From: Mobula hypostoma
Lineage: Eukaryota
Direction of reading: 5' to 3'
Assembly (NCBI RefSeq): GCF_963921235.1
Contig: NC_086109.1
Coordinates: 10,356,001-10,420,000 of the forward strand
DNA length: 64,000 nt
Positions 1 to 13,214 of this stretch are shown here, one piece after another. The notes under the pieces were generated by a model that worked only from the letters and a program-made list of their open reading frames with translations, ran no database searches and was not told the origin of the DNA. Position 1 is the first letter of the stretch. Each line of letters begins with the position of its first letter. The translations under genes were made by a program, and so were the position numbers.

Positions 1-3000
1 TGATCTGAAGGTCATGAGTTCGAGCCCCAGCTGAGGCAACGTGTTGTGTCCTTGAGCAAGGCACTTAATCACACATTGCTCTACGGCGACACTGGTGCCA
101 AGCTGTATGGGTCCTAGTGCCCTTCCCTTGGACAACATTGGTGGCGTGGAGAGGGGAGACTTGCAGCATGGGCAGCTGCTGGTCTTCTATACAACATGGT
201 CTCACGAGACTAATGGATGCCTGTAAAGAAGCATGGCAACACTTGCAGGCTGCCCAGCACAAGCCTCACTGATTTGATTTGACACATAGACAATGCATTT
301 CACTGTATGTTTCGAAGTACATCTGACAAACAAAGGTAAACTTTTAAAAAACCTGCTTGTTTGAAACCAACAGAAGCTAAGAATGATGGATTAGCGGAGT
401 TTTATTGTACTATGATTTTTGCACATGGTCTCTCCAAGTTCATAGCCTGCACCTGCCAAGTATCTACAACAGGAGTTCCGCTGCTATTTTTATTTCAGGC
501 TTCCAAAATAGCCTTTTTAGTTTGCTGGCCATCAAACACATAAAGGAAATATTTGTGGCTGTTTCTAACGTGACTTCCTCTGTACTAACCAATGTCATTC
601 CCCCCCCCCCTTACATAAGTTGCCCATGATCAGTTTGGAGAATTATGTTCTCCATAATAGAATAATAACCATAATAGAATCAATGAAAGACCGCACCAAT
701 TTGAGCACTCAGCTAGAGTGTAAGACAACAAGCTGTGCAGGTACGAAAAGAAATAAATAAACAACAAATATCAAGAATATGAGATGAAGAGTCTTTGAAA
801 GTGAGTCCGTAGGTTGTGGAACAGTTCAGTGATGGGGCAAGTGAAGTTATCCCCTTTGGTTCAGGAGCCTGATGGTTGAGTGGTAATAACTGCTCCTGTT
901 TCTGATGGTATGAGCCCCGAGGCTCCTGTACCTTCTTCCCAGACAACTAGGACAACTTTATTCACCATATACATTTACATCCTTGGGTGTGTTGGTTGTT
1001 AATGCAAATGATGAATTTCACTGTAGTGCCAATGTACAGTACATGTGATAAATAAATCTGAATATGAATTGGAAATGTTACTGCATTCTTTTACAGAATA
1101 ATAGAATTATACAGGTCATAGGCAGGCCCTTTGGACAACTCTGACTATGTATCATGTACCTCCTCATAAGTTTCAACATATATCTGTCATTTAATAGAAA
1201 AACCATAATTGTTCTATTTTTAATTGGGTTCTCCATTGATCAGGGATGACCGTGGATATTGTATCCCAGCTGTCTACACAAGCCAGGGCAGTTCAAAATG
1301 AAGAGCAAGCTGTTGCCCATGCACCAGCTCCCCCTCTCCATGGACAGTAGCTGATGAATCCAAAGGAATGGCAGAGACCGATACAGTTTGGCACCAGCAG
1401 CATCGTAAGAGTTGGCAGTCAGCCTTGAACTCAACATTGGACTGCCGTAGGGACTCCAGCTCTGGATTTTTCCTTGGGGTTTACACCCGAAGCCTTCCCT
1501 TCAAGTGGGTATAGCCACAAGACAGTAGAGGTTTGAGGTCAGAGTTTTCCTTCTCCTAGCAGAACCGTCAACCACAGCTGATGAGCCCCAGAAGCAACTG
1601 GCCTCAAGACACCTTTGCCCCTTCTCCTGTCAATACAAATGCTTCCACCAGGCTTAGTAGCTAAGCCACATATGAAGGTCAAGAGCTGGACTTGATTGTC
1701 AGAGGCTATTTGAGATGCATGCCATTGGGAGCATTTAATAGGTAGTGAGAGTTTATCCCCACGACTTCACCCGGCTATTGACAACTTCAAGAAACCTTTT
1801 CCATGTTTACGTAGCTGAAGATAAACTGAAAATTCATGAAAATAGATTCATGGGCCCTTATATATTCTCTTTCTACGCCCATCCCAGTAACAATCTTAGC
1901 TTTTTCCCTTTCCACGTTGTCCATTGTCTCCCCACGGATAAAGATTAAAGAGAAATAGTAGCTTTATTTGTCACAGGTACATTGAAACATCGAAACATAG
2001 ATTGAAATGCGCCTTTTGTGTCGATGACCATCGCAATCTGAGCATGCGCTGGGGAGCTTCCCGCAAATGTTGTCATGCATCTGCCGCCAACATAGCATGC
2101 CCACGAATTACTAACCTTTACGTCTTCTGGGATACGTGAGGAATCCGGAGCACCCAGAGGAAAACCAACGCGGTCACAGGGAGAACGTACAAACTCCTTA
2201 CATGCGACGGCAAGGATTGAACCCTGACACTGATCACTGGAACTGAAAAGCTTTGCGCTAATATCTACATTACTGTGCTGCCCTAGTAACATGGACACAC
2301 TGAACAATGAGAGCGATCGTTCTCTGTTGAGCTCAATATTTAAGGTCAGAGGGAGTGGGAGCTTCGCTACCTTTATCAATTGGAACCCAAATTCAACACC
2401 CTATGGTTCCTTGAGACCATCATAGCCACAGATGGAGGGATTCATGAGGATAAGCTCCCACTACCTATTAAATGCTCCATCTCAAATAGCTCCTGGCCTT
2501 CATGTGTGATTTAGCTATTTTTGCCCGGCGGAAAAAGGAGAAGGAAAACTCTGATCCAGATTTCAGCTGCTTTGCGCAATACCCACTCATGGAGAAGGCG
2601 TCAGGAGTAAACCCCAAGGGAGAAATCAGGAGCTGGAGTCCCTAAGGCAGTCCTACGTTGTGTTCAACACCGACCACCAACACCTGCAACACCACTGGTG
2701 CCAGACTGCATCAGTTTCTGCCGTTCCTTTGGATTCATCGGCTGTATAGGAAGGAGGGAGCTTGCTGCATGGGCAACATATCATACTGCCTGGTTTGTGT
2801 ATCATGTAGACAGCTGGGATGAAACGTCCATGGTTGAACCCGACCAATGGAGGGGCCTCAGCTAATTCACACAGTGTTCTCTAACCCTTGGGCACGTACA
2901 AGAACAAGACTCTCTCTTGGTCCATAGAGGCGTAACTGTTCTTGTTCGCATGTCCCACACAGGTCAGTAACCAAATAGTCCTGCACAGCTTTGACAAGTA

Positions 3001-3481
3001 CCCAGCTCAGTACAACTTTTCCCTGGCCCTATTGTTGAGTGCTTGCTAAATCCACCTGCTACTTTGCCAGACTTGTGTTGTGTTTCCTGCAATGATATAA
3101 TCCTTAAGTAAATAGTCTTAAAGTTTATAATATATTTCTATTTTCCTCAGTGACTTCCCCTAACACTTCCACTTCCTCCTGTATAATCATAGTATTTATT
3201 TTGGAGGCGGAAGCTGTCCCAAAAGTCACCGCAGGATTTTCCTTGCCACTGCTCCCATTCCACTGCCATGCCTACAGTATTCAAATTCAAGGCTCAAGGT
3301 AGTTTACAAGTGTAAAGGACAATGAAATAATTGTTGCTCCAGATCCAATACAGCATAAAGGGTACAATTTAAAAAAACACAATAAATATAAATATAAAAG
3401 TGATCCTATCAAACACTATGTGCATTAACGATTATATACTTAGTCTTATGGAATGTTCATAAAGCAACACTAGTTGATATG

Positions 3482-4354
3482 TACAGAGCCATGCAAAAGT
3501 CTTAGACACATATATATAGCTAAGGTGTCTAAGACTTTTGCTGAATACTGTAGTAATTTTATGTAAAAGTCATCTGTTAGTCTTGCAAGACCATGGATCT
3601 ACGTCTGGAAAGTCTTCACTCTCCAGGGTGCAGGCACGGGCAAGGTTGTATGGAAGACCGGCAGTTGCCCATGCTGCAAGTCTCCCCTCTCCACGGCACC
3701 GATGTTGTCCAAGGGAAGGGCATTAGGACCCATACAGCTTGGCACCGGTGTCGTCGCAGAGCAATGTGTGATTAAGTGCCTTGCTCAACGACCCAACACG
3801 TTCCCTCGGCTGGGGCTCGAACTCACGACCTTCAGATAGCTAGTCCAATGCCTTAACCACTTGGCCACGTGCCCACACAATTTTATGTATTGCACTGTAA
3901 TATGTGCCATAAAAAAGAGCAAATTTCATGACATATGTGAGTGATAATAAACCTGATTCAGAAATGGGTTTCTATTGTGGACTGAAAGTGGGAAGGGGGC
4001 AGGAAGAGGAGAATCATGGTTGGGACAAGGGGAAGGGAGAGGGAGGGGAGGGAGTGGGAAGCACCAGAGAGACATTCTGTAATGATCAATTAACCAATTA
4101 AATCAATAGACAAGGATCAAACGTCCTTGTCTGTTGCCTCAGGGCTGGGTGTGTCTCCATTCATGCTGCTCCTGCCCTGCCACCCATCCCACACCCCACC
4201 CACGGCGTTCCATCTCCATCATTCTCAACATCCTTAGCTCCAGCCAGATTTACAAACTCGCTCTCCGCTCCACGTTGACAAGTACTGTACTGTGCAAATG
4301 CCTGGGGCACCCAAGCTATATATATGTGCCTAAAGACTTTTGCACCGTACTGTA
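3482..4354. mobile_element. Tc1/mariner-like non-autonomous element with ~70-bp self-palindromic inverted ends
   Basis: 3482-3552 and 4283-4354 are inverted copies; TA-flanked CAG..TGCAAAAGT termini. Confidence 0.65.
3566..3878 (-). mobile_element. Full-length tRNA-derived SINE with CORE-like segment (partial + strand copy at 1-220)
   Basis: A box TGGCCAAGTGG, B box GTTCGAGCC; 11-bp TSD AATTTTATGTA (3555-3565, 3879-3889). Confidence 0.9.
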
Positions 4355-5099
4355 TGTAGTGGTGGTGGGTGTTGGTGGGGTGGCTTAACAGGTGGAGATG
4401 TTGATCAGCCTTACTGCTTGGGGGAAGTAACTGTTTCTGAGGCTTGGTCCTGGTGTAGATCTGCGTAGCCTCCTCCCTGATGGGAGCGGGACAAACATTC
4501 CATCAGCAGAGTGGGTGGGATCCTTCATGATATTGCTGACCTTTTTTCTGGTACCATTCCGTATGTCCTTGTTGGCATGTAGGCTGGTGCCGTTGATGGG
4601 TTGGGTGGTTTAGTAATGTGTGTGGAGTAATGTGCATTGACCATGAAGCTACAGTGGCAGATGGAAGGCCCAGGGATGGAAAAGTCTACAGAAAGTCACA
4701 GACAAAGTCCCACCCCCCCCCCCCACCACTGAGCGCATCTACAAAGAGTGTGACCACGAGAAAGCGGCATCCATCATCAAGGACCCCCACCTCCCAGGCC
4801 ATGCTCTCTCCTTGCTGTTACCATCGAGCAGGAGGCTTAGGTCCCACACCACCATGTTTAGGGACAGTTATTACCCTTCAACCATCAACCTCCTAAAGCG
4901 ATATGAATAAATCCACTCAGCTCAACACTGAACTGATTCTGCCACTACAGACTCACCTTCAAGGACTCCATAAATCACGTTCTCAGTATTACGGTTTTAA
5001 CTTGCACAATTTGTCTTCTTTTGCACAGTCTTTCTTTATGCATTTAAGTTCTGTTCAATTTCTTTATTTTCCTGCAAATGCCTGCAAGAAAATTCCTTT

Positions 5100-5613
5100 A
5101 GATTCACAAGGATGATTCCGGGAATGAAAGGGTTATCATTCGAGGAACGTTTGATGGCTCTGGGTCTGCACTCACTGATATTTAGAAGGATTGGGGGTGG
5201 GGGGGGGGGAATTTTACTGAAACTTTTTCAATGTTGAAAGGCCTAGACAGAGTAGATGTGGAAAGTATGTTCCCCATGGTAGGGGAGTCTAGGACAGGAG
5301 GGCACAGCCTCAGGATGGAGGGGTGTCCATTTAAAACAGAAATGAGGAGAAATTTTGTTAGCCAGAGAGCGGTGAATTTGTGGAATTTGTTACCACATGC
5401 GGCTGTGGAGGTCATGTCATTGGGTGTATTTAAGGCAGAGATCAATAGGTTCCTGATTGGACACGGCATCAAAGGTTTCAGGGAGAACACCGGGGAGTGG
5501 GGCTGAGGAGGAGGAAAAAAGCGTCAGCTATGATTGAATGGCGGAGCAGACCCGATGGGCCAAATGGCCTGATTCTACCCCTATGTCTTATGGTCTTAGG
5601 GTCTTATGGTCTT
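5100..5613 (+). mobile_element. CR1 LINE 3' fragment
   Basis: ORF 5231-5506 RNFVSQRAVNLWNLLP; (tcttatgg)n tail. Confidence 0.9.
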
Positions 5614-7478
5614 ATAGAAAATGAATCACAAGGTAGTATGTGGTGATTTTGATAATAAATTTACTCCAATTTTGAGTGTGCCAATTAAATTTCTCACCTG
5701 AATGTTATGTTGTAATTTTAATCCTCTGATTGCATTATTCTATTTTTCAAAAACTTTTAATACTTTCTAATTCCCTCTTAATATTTAAAAAAAGAATTTG
5801 CATTGGTTATAGAGGCTTCCACAACCACAGTCAGTGAGTACTCACAACACATGCTCAGATTGTGTCAGTCATTGTTGCAAACAACGCATTTCACTGTAAG
5901 TTTTGATGTACCTGTGACAAGTAAAGCTAATCTTTAAATCTCTTTCAAAGTGCAGGAACTCTGGGAATGTAAGAAATGTGACAGGTAACTGCCTCAGAGC
6001 ACACGGCAGTGATAAGATGCTGCAGAACACGCATACAACATGCTGGAGGAACTCAGCAGGTCAGGCAACGTTTATGGAGGGCAATGAACAGTTGACAGTT
6101 CAGGCCAAAACCATTCATCAGGATAAGGAGTTGACTCGAAAGCCAGGCAAAAATCTTCTGCTCTTTGCACAACATCAGTCTGAGAAGGGAGGTGGGTCCT
6201 CAGTTTATCTCAAGCAAGGGAATGCTCAGAGTGTTCTTGGAACCTCAGGTGCACTCTGTTTAAGAAGTGGTAGGAGCCAGTTACTCCCACAATCTATAAG
6301 AAGTAAGCAGATGATCAATTGCATTACCAATGCTTAGAGGACAGCAGATCAAGGCTGGTAAGTGAGATTAGTATGGATGGGTGGTCAGTGATCAGCATGG
6401 GGATGATGGGCCAAAGGGTCTGTTCCTGTGCTGTAAGACTCGAGGAGAGCATCTCCAGTGGTGTAGCATTTTCAAATCACAGGGTATGAACTGAACTGAT
6501 TCGGAGGTGAAGGAACTACCACGCTACAGATATCTACAGATGTTCCCTGAAGAGCGTTCTGACTGGCTGCATCACTGCCTGCATAGGATTGGAAAAAGCG
6601 ACAGAGGGTTGTAAACTCTACCAGCTCCATCATGGGCACTAGCCTCCCCACGGACAAGGGCATCTTCAAAAGACGATACCTCAAGACGGCGACATCCATC
6701 ATTAAATAACCTCACCATCCGGGACCTAACCTCTTCTCATTGTTTACCAACAGGGAGGAGGTACAAGAGCCTGAAGACAAGCACACAGTCTTTCAGGAAC
6801 AGCTTTCTCCCCTCTGCCATCAGATTTCTGAACAGTCCATGAACTCAAGAACACCTGTTTGTTCATTCATTATGTGCCGTACGACAGGGGCGATCATGGT
6901 CTTTCTGTGACCATGATTGTTCTCGGCAAATCTTTCCGCAAAAGCGGTTTGCCGTTGCCTCCTTCTGGGCAGTGTCTTTACAACACGGGTGACCCCAACC
7001 ATTATCAATATTCTCCAGAGATTGTCTGTCAGTGGTCGCATGACCAGTACTTGTGATATGCACCAGCTGCTCATACCATCCACCACCTGCTCCTGTGGTT
7101 TCAATTGACCCTGATCGGGGGCTAAGCAGGTGCTACATCTTGCCCAAGGGTGACCTGCAGGCTAGCAGAGGGAAGGAGCGCCCTACACCTCCTCTGGTAG
7201 AGGTTTCCCTCCACCGCGCCAAGAACCCTACCTTGCTATTTTGCAGAACTTCTCTATTTTTATATACAGTATTTCCTATTGTACCTTATAGTAAGTTGTT
7301 TATGTAGTGCTGTCAAACATCAAATTTTATGGTGTGTCAGCGATAATAAATGATTCAGATTCTGATTCCTTGTGAAATATACATTGAAGTACAGAATCTC
7401 GGAGAACAACGGGCAAGCTTTTCTTCCCTGGCTGGTTTATTCCTGTTGTTTCAGAAGTTGTATCCCTTTGAAACTTAC

Positions 7479-7529
7479 TTTCTTTGCACCCTTATGACAA
7501 AAGATCGCTGTCAGCACGATTTCTTGCTG
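7479..7529 (-). pseudogene. Exon QQEIVLTAIFCHKGAKK
   Basis: Acceptor aaatatag, consensus donor AAA|gtaagt, 51 nt, phase 0-0. Resembles the recalled MROH 'QR+TxTAF' motif. Confidence 0.5.
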
Positions 7530-7544
7530 CTATATTTCAATAGG

Positions 7545-8087
7545 AGTTTGAGAAGGTTTGGTATGTCGCAAATTTCTACAGGGGTACCGTGGAGAGCATT
7601 CTAACTGGCTGCATCAGCCTCTGGTATGGGGGGGTGTGAGGCTACTGCACAGGATTGATGTAAGCTGCAGAGAGTGTAATATCAGATAGCTCCATCTTGG
7701 GCACATCTCCATAGTATCTAGGACATCTTCAAGGAGTGATACCTCAGAAAGGCGCTGTCCATCATTTCGGACCCTCTTCACCCCGGACATATCCTCTTCT
7801 CAGTGCCACAAACAGGGAGAGAGTACAGAATCCTGAAGGAACACACTCACCAATTCAGAAACAGCTTCTTCCCCTCTGCCATCTGATTTCTGAATGGACA
7901 TTGAACCCATGAACACTACCTCGCTACTTTTTATTTTTGCACTACTTTACTTAATTTAACTGTTATATATAAAATTTACAGTAATTCTCATTTTCTTCTC
8001 TATTATTATGCATTGCATTGTACTCCTGCCACAAAGACAACAGATTTAATATGCCAGTGATATTAAACTAATTCTGATTCTGATTCA
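7545..8087 (+). mobile_element. Rex/L2-type LINE 3' fragment (abundant family; also ~6520-6855, 19070-19200)
   Basis: ESILTGCI..WYG and DP.HPGH.LF remnants; (attctg)n tail. Confidence 0.75.
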
Positions 8088-8278
8088 GAGGTTTCAGGAC
8101 AGGGAGGAAGAATTGAAGGACTAAGTTGCGTAGTTAATGGTGTGCGCTGTGTGATGTCTAGGATTGAGTTTCCTAGGAATTCTCAGTTCATAAAAACTCT
8201 TTAGTTAATATTTGCAGTCCTGCTTTGAGGTTGGGAGAAACAATCCATGTCGGGTATCTAAGTCTCATGGTAGGAGAG

Positions 8279-9605
8279 CAGACATCCCACCCTGCAAAAG
8301 CTCATTTCAGGGAGGTAGCACCCCCGCCCCCCGCAACCCCATATCCCCCACCCCCGGTCGACCTCCAAGGGTGTATGTAATACAGTACTTTGTTTAGTGA
8401 TTTTGTCTAATCTGTAAACCAAGTTGGGTATACTGTATGCAGAAAATGTGACATTAAGATATATTCTTATATTATATTATCATGTTTATTCTATTACAAC
8501 TTTAAGCAAGTCTACAGGGAGTTTGGCCACATCATGTAGGACATCAATAGCGTAGCTCCTTAGCAACCAGCCAGCTAGTTTAAATAACGTTAGCTATGCT
8601 AATGAACAAATGACACCTGTTAAACTCACCTCAACATGTCTTTTACATTTTAACCCACCATGGGCAATAGAAAAGTCACTGTTGCAAACAGTGCAGCGAG
8701 CAACACTGTCATTATTTTTGAGGTCGACTGTGAAGCCCACCCACAGAGAAATCTGACGGGTCTACTCAGCGGGGGCCCGCAATCGTTTTTGCACCGCAGA
8801 CCGGTTTAATATTGACAATATTCTTGCGGACCAGCCGACCGGGGGCAGGGGTGTTAATCACGACCGGAATATAGGTGGTAAGTCAATTATAAGCCAATAG
8901 CATCATAACACTTTAAGTAACATTTGGTTATTAAACACACAGCGCATATTTTCCCCGTATGAACATATAAAATCATTGCAACACACCAATATCACTGAAT
9001 CAGTGGGAGCCCTAGGCTTGTTTTCCTGCAACGAGACAGTGCCATCGAGGGGTGATGGGAGACAGCGATACTCGAAGGGGGTTCCTTATGTCCAGTCTAT
9101 TCCGCAATTTAGTTTTCGTTGCATTCATTGCAGAAAACTCCGCTTCGCAGAGATATGTTGGAAATGGAAGCAACGTTTTCAGTGCTTCCGTGGCTATCTC
9201 AGGATATTCGGCCTTGACTTTGATCCAGAAAGCCGGCAGAGATGTTATGTCAAACATACTTTTCAGCCCACCGTCATCTGCAAGCTCGAGGAGTTGATCT
9301 TTCTCCAGCACTGACATGGATGATGTGTGTGTAATGACCTCGCATGCATTCAAGTTCAACAGTGGGAATGAGGAAATGTGCAGCTGACTCATATTGTTTC
9401 ATATTGCCAAATCATATTGTTTCCTCGCGGCCCGGTGGTTGGGGACCACTCTTAGCACGAAGAGAGACCAATCAGGATGCTCGCTCTCCCTCTCCCTCTC
9501 AAAAAAAATCTGTTTCTGGGATATAGTATATAATTTCTGGGCATCAGGGAGCCACTATCAATATGCAGGAGACTTCCAGAACTTCCAGGAGAGGTGGGAT
9601 GTCCG
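8279..9605. mobile_element. Non-autonomous TIR DNA transposon (hAT-like) carrying a nested hAT
   Basis: Terminal inverted repeats CAGACATCCCACC / GGTGGGATGTCCG (12 of 13 match); GGAGAG on both flanks. Confidence 0.55.
8767..9450 (-). mobile_element. hAT-Charlie/Buster deletion derivative with transposase C-terminal dimerization domain
   Basis: ORF 9012-9392 FWIKVKAEYPEIATEALKTLLPFPTYLCEAEFSAMNATKTKLRNRLDI; Charlie-type end GGTTGGGGACCACT. Confidence 0.9.
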
Positions 9606-9937
9606 GGAGAGGTGGCAAGGTGATATAATGGCTCGAGTAATGTTTACAGTGCCAGTGATCAGAGTTTAATTCACACGGCTGTCTGTCAGGAGTTTGCATG
9701 TTCTCCCCGTGACCTGGTGGCCTTCCTCCGGGTGCTCTGGCTTCCTCCCACATTCCAAATACACACTAGTCAGGAAGGGTTAATAGGCATGTTAATTAGG
9801 CGCAGGAAGCAAGCTGATAATTGCGGGGTGCCTTCAGCACGTCCTTGTTCTGTGTTGGCTGTTATTGCAAGGGACATATTCCAATGTATGCTTCGATGTA
9901 TCGATGTACTTGTGACAGATAAAACTAAAAGGGGGCC

Positions 9938-10566
9938 CTTTCTGGTTGGTTGCCGATGACTAGTGGTGTTCCACAGGCGTCAGTGTTGGTACCGGTTCTT
10001 TTCACGTTATATGTCAATGATTTAGATGATGGAATTGATGGCTTTCTGGTCACTTTTGCAGTAGATACAAATATAGATGGAGAGGCAGGTAGTGTTGAGG
10101 AAGCAGGTAGTCTGCAGAAGAACATATAGTGGACAGCTTAGGAGAATCGGCAAAGTGGTGGCAAATGGGATATAATGTCATGTATTTTGGTAAAAAGAAT
10201 AAAGATATGGACTACCTTCTAAATGAGGACAAAAATTCAAAAATCTAAAATGCAAAGGGAGTCGTCGTGCAGGGTTTCCTGAAGCTTAGCTTGAAGGTTG
10301 AGTCAGTGGTAAGAAAGGTAAATGCAATGTTAGCATTCATTTCAAGATGATGAGAAGATAAGAGCAAGGATGTAGTGCTGGGGCCTTATAAGGCACTGGT
10401 GAGGACTCACTTGTAGTATTGTGAGCAATTTTGGATCTTGTATCTAAGAAAGGATGTGCTGACATTGGAGAGGGTCCAGAGAAGGTTCACAAGATTGATT
10501 CCGAGAATGAAATGGTACAAGGAGCATTTGATGGCTCTGAGCCGGTAGTCACGGGTGTTTAGAAGA
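9938..10566 (+). mobile_element. Decayed CR1 LINE RT fragment
   Basis: Degenerate SGVPQxSVL and FAxDT motifs; many stops. Confidence 0.85.
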
Positions 10567-10949
10567 TCCCTGCCATCCTTCCACCACCAAGGGTCTCATC
10601 ACTACGACAACAAGCTGTTTCTGTTCACCTGTGCTTTGCTTTGCAAAATGCATTTTGAATTATACTTTATTAACTTACTTATCGAATAATATTTTGGTAT
10701 ATGTGCTGTGCGTGATATATTTTGTGTGGATACACTGTGGTCCGGAAGAACGTTGTTTCATTTGGTTGTATGCATGTATGTACAGTCAGATGACAATAAA
10801 CTTGAACTTGAGCTCTGGGCATAGGCCACAGGATAGTCCAGGAATGGGGGGGCTCAATGGGACACTGCCCAAGACTAAGACACCGATCACAGTCCACTCC
10901 TCCTTTCCAGATGTCAACTGGCTGTGGACAATTGGTTCCTCTATCCCTT

Positions 10950-11172
10950 CAAGTAAGGGTGGTCAGCTGGTCTGACTCAAGCAGAGCGTCCCAGCATACA
11001 TCAGCACCAAGTACTAGTTGGTTCATTCAATGAAAATTTGCCAATATTTTTGCCTACCTAAAGACTCTGATAATCAGTTCTATTGCTGTTATTCCGGCCT
11101 TTGCTATATTACATACTTAGGTAGGAGAAACCATTTCCAATGAATCTTCATTTGCTGTAGAATCCACTATTC
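10950..11172 (-). pseudogene. Disabled exon IVDSTANEDSLEMVSPT*VCNIAKAGITAIELIIRVFR(*...VLGADVCWDALLESDQL)
   Basis: Acceptor cttgttttag; in-frame TAA at 11117-11119. Possible donor after 11058, or continuation in the same frame with further stops. Confidence 0.45.
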
Positions 11173-11272
11173 CTAAAACAAGTTTATTGGCTTCATTGAA
11201 AGATTTTCAACTTCCATCTCCAACTCATCATGATTCAAAAAAAGAATGTTAATTTAATTCCCTGGCCTTTAC

Positions 11273-11504
11273 TTAGTAACTGCAACATGCTCTTGCGTCT
11301 GGTTATCCATTTGCCATTTCTCAGAAGGCTGGTAATTGTGTTCTAGAGCAGGGAGCGTGTCACCAGCACCGGTGATTGCAAATACTTGCAGGGCCAATGT
11401 GTCACAGACCATTGCTCCATCATAATAAGTTATTAATTGTTTTCTGCGAGACTGCCCAGAGCAGAGATCCCCAAGAACTGGGGCAGTATTCCGTGCTAAA
11501 GCAG
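11273..11504 (-). pseudogene. MROH-like exon ALARNTAPVLGDLCSGQSRRKQLITYYDGAMVCDTLALQVFAITG...EHVAVTK
   Basis: Acceptor tgtttgtatttgtgcag, donor AA|gtaaag, 232 nt open. Resembles the recalled MROH motif 'AT.AL.E++S.......V...YP.L+..LLL.V...+G'. Confidence 0.6.
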
Positions 11505-11667
11505 CTGCACAAATACAAACAATTGTCATCGCTTACGAACTTTTCAAGATACAGCAATGCGTGTTCAGGAAAAATTCCTCATTGAAGTATATAACCACCA
11601 GCAAAAACTACATTTATTTTGAAATTGCAGTTAATAGCAACCATTAAATAGAAGCAATATTTCTAAC

Positions 11668-11749
11668 CTCTGGGTCTGGTAACACTTTTTACGCTCGAGT
11701 GTAAGGTACAATGCCTAGAGTATCCAATCCATGCACAAGTTATTTATTT
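11668..11749 (-). pseudogene. Candidate disabled exon (all three frames contain a stop)
   Basis: Acceptor aattttccttcag, donor GAG|gttaga. Best-looking frame EINNLCMDWIL*ALYLTLERKKCYQTQR. Confidence 0.4.
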
Positions 11750-11999
11750 CTGAAGGAAAATTATACATATGATATATAAACAGTGAACATCATTACAGTG
11801 TTGCTGATTTGCGATTCTGATTGACTTTAACACTATGAAGTCTGTTTTTAGGTAAAAGTGATGTTACTTTATTAAGTCTTAAAATTCCTCAACTTGACAT
11901 ATTCCCAAATTTAAAGATCACTCCTGGTCCACAAACTCATTTTGCTTTCTCTCTTTTCATTTATATTGGACATTGGGGGTCTCACTTTGATTAAGCTAT

Positions 12000-12375
12000 T
12001 AGAGTCGTGGAACACTACAACACAGAAACCAGGTTATTTGGCCCATCTAGTTGGTGCCGAACTACTAACCTACCTTATCCCATTGACTGGCACCCAGACC
12101 TTAGCCGTCCATACCCCTCCCGTCCATGTTCCTATCCAAATTTCTCTTAAATGTTGAAATCGAACCCAGATCCATCACTTTTGCTGGCAGCTTGTTCCAC
12201 GCTCTGTATGAAGAAGCTCCCCCTCATGTTCCCTTTGAACATTTCACCTTTCACCCTTATTCCATGACCTTTAGTCCTAGTCTCACCCAACCACAGTGGA
12301 AAAAGCCTGCTTGCATTTACCCTATATGTAGCCCTCATAAGTCTGTATATTTCTGCCAAATCTCCCCTTATTCAC
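12000..12375 (-). mobile_element. CR1 LINE 3' fragment
   Basis: ORF 12147-12359 TKGHGIRVKGEMFKGNMRG; similar copy at ~25440-25770. Confidence 0.8.
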
Positions 12376-12619
12376 CTCGCTGCACCTTAGTATTAGTTAC
12401 TAAGATTACAAAGGAACCTAAGAATTTGACAAGTTGGTTTATTATTGCATCATGTACTCGGGTGCAGTTAAATACTTTGTTTGGCATGCCATCCAGACAG
12501 ATGATCACCTTGTGACAGCCAAGTCTCTGTCGTGGTCACAACGTCATAGTTCTATGTAGCGAACAATCCTCGAAGTTCACCACCCTTGTTCCTGATAATT
12601 CTTACATAAAACTAACACA

Positions 12620-13010
12620 TTTAAACCCATTGACCTGACTGAAATTAGGCCCTCTTCACTGCTTGTTCATCCTCCCAGTCTCTACATGCTGCATCGACCT
12701 TTACACCAACTATTCCATCCTATGACCTATCACTCTGGCTCCCATCCCCTTGCAGAACTAGCTTAAACACTCCCCAACAGTTCTAGCAAACCTGTCCGCA
12801 AGGATATTAGTCCCCCTTGAGTTCAGACATAACCTGCCCCTTTTTGTACAGGTCATACCTTCCCTAGAAGAGATTACAATGATCCACAAATTTGAAACCT
12901 TGCTCTGCTGCACCAATTTTTCAACTGCACATTCATTGGCCACGACATCCAATTCTTACCCTCACCGGCGCAATCCAGAGATTACCACCCTGGAGCTTCC
13001 AACGTCGCTC
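12620..13010 (-). mobile_element. CR1 ORF1 (SGNH/esterase-like) fragment
   Basis: RLCLNSRGTNILADRFARTVGECL resembles the C-terminus of CR1 ORF1 (DGLHLN.RG..IL). Confidence 0.65.
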
Positions 13011-13214
13011 TCAATATTCTCTCTGCAGGTAACTCTCAAATCAAAGGCGAATTTATTGCCATGTGCACAAGTCCACGCACGTACAAGTGGATAGAAAACC
13101 GTACTTGCAGTGGCATCACGGGCTCATGGTATCATTCATATGGTGTCATGGTGGCAATCACAAGGAAAACAATTTTACAAGAATGTAGCTGGAACCAAAA
13201 CAAAGCCAAGTTCA

